In this document: positions 54,386-64,000 of the stretch, piece after piece | Numbering within the stretch: position 1 is the first letter of the stretch | Layout: each line of letters starts with the position of its first letter | Assembly (NCBI RefSeq): GCF_000181795.1 | Contig: NW_003526948.1 | Span: 1,401,428-1,465,427 of the forward strand | From: Trichinella spiralis | Taxonomy: Eukaryota | Reading direction: 5' to 3' | Length of the DNA stretch: 64,000 nucleotides | Made by a program: the position numbers and the translations under genes | The notes under the pieces: model-generated | Database searches by the model: none | Told to the model about the DNA's origin: nothing | What the model saw: the letters and a program-made list of their open reading frames with translations, nothing else

Positions 54386-56997
54386 CTAGACGCACGGAGT
54401 GGCGTTTCTCATGAATCCGGGTGTGGTGCTGGAGACACGATTTTCTTCGTTGAAAGCCATCTCGAAATTCAGCTTCTCCGACTGCCTGCCGCGCACGTCT
54501 TCTTGGCCTTGATGGTGGTTCTCAGCACAGGCGTATTGGAAAATATCCGCCGTCGGTTTGCAGGATGTGGTCCGCCAGTGGGTTCGCAGACCGCTCGGAC
54601 TGATGTACTTTTTGTTGCAAGTGTTGCAGTTGTACGGTCGTTCGTTGGTGTGCAAGCGCTTGTGCAACTTCAGATGGACGAACTGGGTAAATTTCGAAGG
54701 ACAAGCGTCACAAGCGTAAGGCTTTTGTCCGTTGTGCAAGCGTAGGTGGGTTTTCAAATTGCTCGTACTGCTGAATCGTTTGTGGCAAACTTCGCAACGG
54801 TGTGGTTTTTCCCCTGTAAATGATGGATTGATTATTGGATATGTTTGCAACTTTGGAAATATAGGTAGAATCTCTAATTCATCATCTGTCTATATACTTG
54901 AATTTCCTATTTATAAACTAATCAGTAATATATGTGAGATAAAACAGTTTTACCTGTATGAACGAGATTATGCTTTTGCAAATGTGCCAGTTGAGTAAAT
55001 TCTTTGCCGCAAACGTTGCATTTGAACGGTCGTTCACCGGTGTGAGTGCGCATGTGGACTTTCAAATTCGAAAGCTGACCAAACACTTTACTACACTGAT
55101 CACACTCGTATCTGGTCTTGCCGTGGGCGCGGTTGACAGCGGCGCCACTTTGGCCAGTCGTGCTGAGCCGGCGTGGGCATTTGGCAGGCGAGCCGCCGAC
55201 GTCAGCGTTGCAGGGGGCGGCGGTTTGAATTTCGGGCGTGGCAGAATTGCGGAAGTGAGCCCTGAAGCTCAGGTCGAACGGTACGTTCAAAGATGGATAA
55301 CCGGCCAAAGCGCCGTTGGAATGGGACGGAATTGGCGAAAACGCGCTCAACTGCCGTCCGCCGGTGAAAGGCGACGCCTGGGGAAACAGCGGCTGATAGC
55401 AGCCGTGCCATTTGTTCCACTGCAAATTGCCAAAGTGGGTACCATTCCACAGCAGATGTCCGAATGCGGTCGAAGAGATGGATTTCACGTAGGCGGGCAG
55501 TTGGGCGTTGTTGGCCGACAAAATGCCACCGCCCTCAGACGACGGCACGTCGCAATGGCCGTTGGACAACAGACCCTGGTAATTGCGAGTGCGGAACCAC
55601 GAGTCGTCGGCGGCGTTGAAATTCAGTGCCTGACCCGCGGTCGAGCACGCCTCGCCTGCGGTCGAAGGGTCGACCTGGGCCCGTCGCTTTGGAACCACAC
55701 GAATCACGCCGGGTCTGTTCGGGCGACTGTCACCAACAGTGGCGCTGGCAACATCCTCAACGGCAACGGCCGACGGTAGCTTGTCGGAAGAGCTCTTTGG
55801 CTTGGTGAGATCGTCGTCCTTGGGCGAGACCATTTCCCTCACAATTGTCTGATCCAACCGACGACCGTACTCCACCACGCTCCCTTCGCTGTCGGTGTCG
55901 CTGCTCGGCTGGTAATAGCTGGCCGGTGTGGTGGAGATTTCGTTGCTGCAATAGCCTTCGTCGCCGAGATTGCTAGTTTTCACGCTGCAACACGGCGACG
56001 ACGACATTCGAGCCATATTATCATCATCATTATTATTATTATTACTGTTGTCCACAATGTGGCGCGTTTTTTCCTGTTCCGCTTGTGATTTTTCCAATTC
56101 TACCCCTAAAAAGAATTTTCATTTATTTTGTTGTTCAATTTGCACAGATAATTTTACATAATCAAAACAATAACAACAACAACAGAGATAATACTCACGT
56201 ATAGTGAAGCTCATTTTGGTCAAATCGTTGCAGGGCAAATGGCCAAGACGAGCGGCATATTCACGAGAATACCAAACGACAAGTTCAGTGTCGGCGGCTA
56301 TAGGTTTCGTTGAATAGAAGTAGATTTCTGATTCAATCTGATGGAAAAGAAGGGAAAAACGGTTTAAAAGCAAAGCATTAGCATATTTGAGTGCAAGGTG
56401 GATTGAAAAGATGTACTTGACAGGCGACCAAGTTCTGCTTTACCGGGTCGGATTGCAAAGTGACAAAGCGCATCCAATTGCTTCGAGATTGGTCGGACAA
56501 ATCCAGGTGGAAGTAGTCGTCAACAGATCGGTAAACCTGCAGGATGTAGAAGTGATGTAATGGAAAAATGCAAATAAGTGGACAGAGTTAGCAGTTGATC
56601 ACCTTCCAACAATTTTTGCTTTCACCGGTCGATTGATCGTTGACAACACCGACCAACGGTCCAAAGCGTGTATTTTGTGGAATGAATCCATTGGCAATGA
56701 CTTTCCATTGCTGTTGAAAAAAAAGAAAAAGAAGAAGAAGATGATGATGATGACAACGATCAAAGAAACGTACGAGAAGAGTGAACGCAAAGAAATAAAT
56801 AATTGATAATGCAAATTTACTTGTTGATCAGCCGAATTGGCTTGTTCGAGACGCAAATTTCGAGGCAATGATTGCCTGGAGTAATTTGTCGAATGATGAT
56901 TTGCATGATCTGCGTCGGGTACGTGGAACAAACAGTCTCGCTTGAATTCATCTTCCGTTTTACAAGAAACATCCGAACCGGTGGTTTCGTCCACCAT
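54386..56997 (-). CDS. blmp-1: Blimp-1/PRDM1: PR/SET domain plus five C2H2 zinc fingers, about six exons
   Basis: [59 protein letters not shown], and fingers [29 protein letters not shown]...[14 protein letters not shown]...[14 protein letters not shown]...[16 protein letters not shown]. Confidence 0.96.
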
Positions 56998-57286
56998 CTT
57001 TTTGATAATTTAAATTGATATCTAAAAAGTAATAAAATAAGCACAAACTACTGTCAACTGAAAAACCAACTCTGCCAATAAAGAGGAATAAAGAAGAAGA
57101 AGCTTTTGAGTCCGTTCATCACTCCCACAGGATACCCAATTATGTACAGTATAGTGAAAAATGTCCACAAGGTCGTGAAACACGCCAGGGACAGAGTTCG
57201 AGGCTTCAGGGTCGGCGTTGATTCATTAAATTAAATTAAATTGCTTCAGTGTTAATTTATTAAATGAAAAGTGAGAAAAATTATTT

Positions 57287-57288
<2 letters not shown>

Positions 57289-57314
<26 letters not shown>
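57289..57314. repeat. (GA)n microsatellite; other simple tracts at ~23424 (TG), ~47694 (TAT/TAG), ~59414 (poly-C), ~61604 (TG)
   Basis: Directly visible. Confidence 0.9.
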
Positions 57315-57317
<3 letters not shown>

Positions 57318-60300
57318 GAAAAAACAAAATAATAAAATGTTCATATATTGCATGTGAATAATCATCACCGTTCAAAGATGTATGATTAATTACAAGTGAA
57401 CTGGTGAAAAGGATAATACCAAAATGTGATTAATTGAATAAATATAACAAGAGAAAGAAGCTTTCGACACAATATGGCATGCAGCTGAACGCGCTGTTGT
57501 TGAAGCTGAAAATACGACAAAAAAAAATATAAGCAGCACAACATGGTCATGACCGAACGATGCGGTCGTGAAAAAATGATGATAGCGTGTCGTGTTTTAG
57601 CGTAACACTGTTTTTAACAACAGCATTAAAAAATACACAGAGAATAGATATAAATGTGTTATCACTTGAAGTTGACAGTGAAAAATTGGTGTCGCGTTCT
57701 CTGAACGAGTGCAACATGCTTTACCGTATGAGATTACACTTATTTATGAGGTAACGCTATTCAACACAACTGCACTGCATCGCTGGCACCAGCTACATGT
57801 ACATGTATATCGTATATTGATCACTGACTGACTGACCGATCAAGACGAATATTATTTATTATGCTTGATTAATTTTTTTTCTTTGAAATCTACTGTTGTT
57901 TTAATTGTAGAAAGAAAAAAGCTTTGTGCATAATCTAATTTCGAGTAATAATTCGAAATAATACTAACATTGAGGACCAGTTTTTGCAAAATTGAATGAA
58001 CCACAGCAAGAATCATTGAACCGTAATTTTCAATTAAATATTTCCACTAGTAGTAGCAGTAGTAGTAGTGGTAGCGGTAGTGGTAACTGTTTTCTTTCTC
58101 TTTCACTCACTCTCTCCCAAAATTAAAAATAATAATAAAAAAAGGATATAAAGCCGATGAACTTGAAACGGTCACTTCTGACCGTGCAGTTGAAATGTTT
58201 TACAACGTCACCTGGTACTGCCATGAACTGTCAGGCATCAAGCAGCTTTGAAGCTCAATTTCCTGAAATACTCCAACACGGACAAGGTTAGTCCCCAAAC
58301 GACCACCATCCCATTTCAACTCATTCAATGAGAAACAATTTTTTTTTAAAAATTTAAACTAGTTATTATTATTATTATTTGTGAATTATAACTTTTATTC
58401 CTCAGGACAACCATAGCAAGATAATTAATTCTCCTAGCTAACACAAATTAGCATAACTTCTACTAAATGTCATTGAGTGCAAGAAAGTGAATTTGATTAA
58501 TATCCCATCACAGGTGAGCAGCGTTAAGTCCTTGAAAAAAAAAGAACAACGTCGAGCCCGATGGGACAGTCGGTTCATTCGGCAACAGTAAGCTGGTTTT
58601 AGCATCAATTTGCATCGACAAGAAACCAACACAACCTGAACATCCGTTTAACACCTGTCGTTTACTTATTCTTTTGTGCTTGGTGTTTATTATTTAATTA
58701 TTATCGTAATTTTTTTTTCAAATTATCCTTTCTCATCATTTTGTAATTTGACAACTGAACCGTGTAAATGTGAAACAAGCAAAAATTTTTTGTTTTCCTC
58801 CAATCAACCTGATACACAGCATAAATATTCTGATTGAAATACGTATGAAATTGGAAATGTGAGCAAATTCATACATTTGACAATGATCTGGCAGAAAAAG
58901 AAAGAACTATTCATATTATTTCAAGGACATTATCAATACATGCATGCATGCATACGTACATACTAATTATTCACACTTTAATTATTATTATCAAATTGGA
59001 TAAAATTTATCATCGATTATATGGAAATTTCAATGACGAAAAATGAATGATAAAGCACACTGTTCATACCGAAAACGAAGAAAAAGCGGCCAAGATCAAA
59101 GCTTTGAATAGATAGCATGAAAACTTGCTGATGTCAAAAGTGACAAAATATGCAAAAGCAGGCGAACAGTGAAAATCCCCGACAATGATCATCTGAAATG
59201 ATTGTAATCAATAAAGGGTGCTGGTGGTGTTTGTGATAAAAATTTGCAAATTTTCCTAGCACTTATGAACTAACTGCTTATCTGATTATGAAGAATAAGA
59301 GTAAGAGAAGAGAAAACAAAAGACAATAATAATGATAATAATAAATAGAATAGATAAGAGCAACCAGGAAAGAAGTTTGTCTAGATTAGTAACGATTGAA
59401 GCAATATAAATCACCCCCCTCCCCCCCCCCCCCCCCCCAGTTATGGTGCTTCTCTAAGCAGCAGGAAGAAGAAGAAGAAGAATGAAATCACACGTCGAAT
59501 TCGGACGTGATTTATGGGATGACAGTAAATTCCAGCTTAACAAATAGCACAAACAAGCAAGCATTGTCAGGAACAAAATTATACAAGAAAAAAAATAAGA
59601 AAGTAAGCAAGAGAAAGAAAGAAGGAAAATCATATATTATCATCCATACAAATGTACTGTAAAATTGAAAAAATATAAAATATGAAATGTTCAATTTAGT
59701 CGACTTCAATTTGATTTGGATTTGAAAAAATTGAAATAAAATATGGAAAATTGAATATATGAAGACCAATTTTCGCCTGTAGAAAGAAGCAAGTGATTGT
59801 TGTTTGTTCGAGAACAGTTTGCTAAGTAAACTGTCTGTTGTCAAGAAAATGCATCTCAACGCAAAGTTTACTTATTTTATTAAACTTCATTTTTCACCAA
59901 AAAATACCATTTCCTGCTTTGCAATCGTTCACTCTGATTGGTACACATTTTTTTGGATTTTTGCATATTTACAAGTGTTGTCAGAAAATTCTTAAGTGAT
60001 ACTGTAATTTGTGATTTTTCTTTTCTTTTGTATCCGATATGGAAAATTTCTCACAATCAAAAAATCTCCTCCTTTATCTCTCTTTCTCTCTCTCTTTCTA
60101 TCTCTCTCTGTTCTATAAATTCAAAAATAATCCAAGAATTGATGAAATGATAAAGAAGAGAATAAATAAAACACAGACACACCCAAATGCTTTCACAATA
60201 AAGTTAAAATTAAAAATAAAAAGAGAATAAAATAAAATTTATTCTCCTCTCAAATTATCCCATCAATTAACCAACATTGCACTAATTGATTCTTGCACAC

Positions 60301-62385
60301 GACAACATTTGCACAAATTAACAACGAAAATTAAACAAATAACAATACTTACAACAAGCATGATAGTAGCGAATGATTGGCAATTTTTTTTTTGGAAAAT
60401 TACAGTCGCTTATTTTTCACTTTTTGATGATCAATTCAGTGAAGCTCCTTTGTCGTTGTGCAATTTCAAAATGGGTCGAAAGCAATTATGCAAATTATTT
60501 CAACTTATCACAATTCCGAACGAGGAGAACGATCAGTGATGACAAATGACAACCGAGAGTAAAATTATTATAAAGCGAATTCAATTTTACAATCGTCCAT
60601 CAACAACAACAACAACAAGAACAAGAACAAGAACCACCAATATAAGCTGATGTGGTTATTAAGATGGCAATCACAAGAACCACGCATTAATTTTATTGCC
60701 AATAAATGCAATCGTTTTTCTTTCTTTTCTTGCTTTCGTCACTCTTGCAGATTCAAAAAATTATTCACATAATCCAACAATATCATTGTCGATTGAAATG
60801 GAAAAAAATGCCAATAAAATATTATTACTGTTCACTTGCAAGCGACAAAAGAAGACATAAATAACTAAACAAGCAAGCAAACAAAAGCAACAAAATATTT
60901 ATCACGTCGTCGTCGTTATTGTTGTTCATTATTAGCATTGAAATGATAATTAGCAGTTGTCGTTTATCGTTTTCGAATTGTGTGAAGAAAAAGGCAAAAA
61001 GTTCAAATCCATTTTCTCGAAAACGACGAAACTGAATCTCCCACGTTCGCCGCCACGCCCACGCGACGAACGTTCTATCCAAACACACTGCGACTGTGGG
61101 GACAGTTTAGGCGCGAAAGTTGAATAAAACAAATGAATAGCAAAGTTAATTTTTGATAAAAGAAAATTCATATAAACAATATTTCTCTTTCAAACTGAAA
61201 TAAACAAAACAAATGCACACTAAAGTGAATTTTAATACATCGCTGAAAAAATTATGAAAAAAATTTGTACATTGCGCAATGTTCTTGATTATCACATTCC
61301 TTTTGTAATACATTGAAAAAAAAAAGCGAAACCGACAATTTCATTGAAACAATCGATGAAAATATTAATTTGAAAAAAAAGAATATTAAATTAAAGAAAA
61401 AACATTACTTACCATTGAAAGTGGAAAATAAAATTTGAAATTCTTTGCATGAACAAAATTGATGCTGCTTCTGATGCGTGAAGTAAATAGCAGGTGTATA
61501 CTGTTTTTCTTTTCTATTGGTATTATTGAAATGCAAATTAATCCAATGAACAATATCGGTAGAGTTGTTGATTCAATTGTTCAATTAATGCAACAAAGAC
61601 GTCTGTGTGTGTGTGTGTGTGTATTGGGAAAAGTGAATGGAAAGTAATCAACAAAATACAACAATGCTCATGGAAGCGAAGATGCGCATAGCTGACGAAT
61701 GGGGAAAAGCTTGGAATATGACGATATTTGGCGCATGGAATTGTTGTTACGTGAAAATTTGTGACAATGACATACACTTCCAACTCACTGGGTCACTGTG
61801 ACGACGGATCCGCAGAGCGCGTTGCCAAAAGTCCACGCTTTGGTTCTTTTCTTGTTTTTCACACGCCAAACGCGATGATACAAGCATAAGCAGCTCGGCT
61901 GTCACCAAGTGCAAGCCGGTGCTAGGCTTCACAACATGGTCACCCAATTTTCAAAATACCCACAGTCCGAGCTATTGAGGAAACGTCGTTTTACTTTCCC
62001 AGTACAAACAATACAACACTGACCCCAATGCCAGCACGCGCCAAGCTCAGCCAAGATCGGCTAGTCGAACAGCTGCCGCACTTTTGTAATTCTGACCTGT
62101 ATTGACATCTTTTACTTTTTTTTAAAATATTTATTACTTTATCTAATGTTTTTTTAAATATATTTTTCAAAAAAAAAGCTACATTCCATCCATCCAATTC
62201 ATCCACGCATGCACCTATGCATGCATTCATCAATATACGATACATACAGGTAGGTGGAGGAATTGAAATTTATTCAATTTCATTGCATTGCAAAAATCCA
62301 CAACTAATCGATCAATCATCTCATATCTCACTTCCCATTGATTGTTAATAATGTAAATCAAACAAAATTAAAATAATAAATAATT

Positions 62386-63970
62386 TTACGAATAATAAAA
62401 TCGCCACTCATTCATCAAATACAAACGCCGACAAACCATGGCCAAAAAAATGGCCATCAACACCGGCAACAGCCAGTCGATGATTCTTTTCCAATCGACA
62501 TCTTCAACTGTTCCAGTGGAACCGTCCGTCAGGCCACTGCCCACAACGCCGGTATTCATCATCAGACGCCTGCGCTGACGAAAAGCGTCAAGGCTTTGTG
62601 CCCTTTGCCGGGCCAAAACTGCGGCTCTGTCTCTTTCATTATTCTCATCATTGGATTCTGTTACACAAACAATTCAACAAAAGGAAGACAACATGGTTTT
62701 TTTTACACGAGCAACTAACTGAATTTCTGCTCAATTTACACAAATCTATCCGCATAATTTAATTACAGTGGAAGGAATACTGTAGCAGATGGAGTTAATT
62801 ATTCATCAATTTATAATTGACCAATCTTGCAAATCCCATTCCAAAACAGTTATACATGCATATAAATTTTACAAAAATTCAAAAAATATATATATTATTT
62901 GATATTATAATAAAATTCATAAACAACACTGCATACCGGTTTGTTCGTTATTGTCTGTCGCCACTTCGGTACGTTGATTTGGTGGATTATTCTCTTCTTC
63001 AGCATTTGCAGTATTCGACGTTCTGTCGTCATTTGCCACACTGTCCATCACTTCACTCGACGCCTGGAGTAAATTGAAATATGTAAAGCAGAAAATATGA
63101 ACGAACACAAACAAATGTGCACAATTCGACGATTATCAGAGCAATATTCAAATCAAACAACAGTAACCGCACGATGAACAAATATTACATCATTTTACCA
63201 TTATCACGAAATGTTTTTAAAAAATTTTGGTTTTTTAAATTCAACATTGAAAAATGATATCTAATAAATCGACATTTTTCACTGCAAACACCCAAATTAG
63301 AATAATTCCATACTTTGAAAGCGAACAATTGTGCATATTTCTTAGCTTCATTTGCCACATCGACGGATGTAACAGTGACCGGTGGCAAAGCGTCTTTCAT
63401 CACCAAATCACAAGTTGAACAGTAAAATTCAAGAGATCTACAAAAAATTAAATATAAAAAAACAATTCTGATTAATAATTTATTTATACTGAATAAAAAA
63501 TATACAATTTTACTTTTTAGCAAGTTCACGCCTTTCATCTTTGGAAAAATCAAGCGAACCGATCGCTCCTTCGCCCGGTGTCGGCATGAAACCGACAATC
63601 GCAAGCAGAACAGTTCTTACTAAATATACAAAAAAAAGAAAATCCCTTTTCCTGACTATGCATCACTTGTAAAATTAAACATCCCAACACTCACGAGACC
63701 AACAAGGTTGCCAATATTCCGGATGATGATCAGTTATACTCAAACAAATTTTTGTGGAAGTTTCAAATCTGCCATTCGGCTTGAAATTTTTTCAAATTCA
63801 AAAAATACAAAATCACACAATACTCTATAAAAGCATACTGTCAAAAACATAACGCTCGGCGGTTTCATCGGATAATCTTGTGGAAGTATGATGCGACCAT
63901 GGTAAATTCCCCCTTGGAATTCTGTATCATCCGGACCTCTGATGGAAAAGTGCCAATCAAATAAGTTGTC
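62386..63970 (-). CDS. UBE2J1: Ubiquitin-conjugating enzyme E2 J1 (Ubc6-type, ER tail-anchored), 5' exon(s) outside window
   Basis: DNLFDWHFSIRGPDDTEFQGGIYHGRIILPQDYPMKPPSVMFLT|PNGRFETSTKICLSITDHHPEYWQPCWS|RTVLLAIVGFMPTPGEGAIGSLD, with C-terminal TM WLLPVLMAIFLAMVCRRLY. Confidence 0.95.
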
Positions 63971-64000
63971 CTGAATTGAACTTGAAATTAATTATCCAAA

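Noticed and set aside
54958..55779. 273-aa plus-strand ORF and other ORFs overlapping Blimp-1, M6 and RGK
   Set aside because: Antisense or alternate-frame shadows of coding exons with no recognisable motifs.

Overview
AT-rich eukaryotic draft scaffold with short GT-AG introns and 10-N gaps. The tnc-2-type troponin C points to a nematode, and I infer a clade I, Trichinella-like species, which the window itself cannot prove. The right part (about 24-64 kb) is ordinary gene content: an RGK small GTPase, troponin C, an Sp6-9 (Sp8/9-like) zinc-finger factor, an intronless M6/proteolipid gene, a divergent Aurora-like kinase, Blimp-1/PRDM1 and the 3' part of UBE2J1. The left 16 kb is a repetitive, partly redundantly assembled accessory region and holds the main signal. 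It contains an 11-exon Maelstrom-like gene (HMG box plus MAEL domain with intact E-C-H-C residues, about 549 aa) whose C-terminal tail is built from paralogous introns separating diverged exons. Facing it is a truncated p130Cas C-terminal fragment, and the pair is bracketed by >700-bp inverted repeats, a Pack-TE-like architecture. A second partial copy of the Maelstrom-like gene carries a piggyBac insertion at TTAA. The window also has a tandem micropeptide gene family with a conserved octamer-containing upstream block (1-3.3 kb) and a candidate Cys-ring neuropeptide precursor (17.6-18.6 kb). All exon models were built by hand from splice signals and frame continuity, and family calls rest on recalled motifs rather than database searches.
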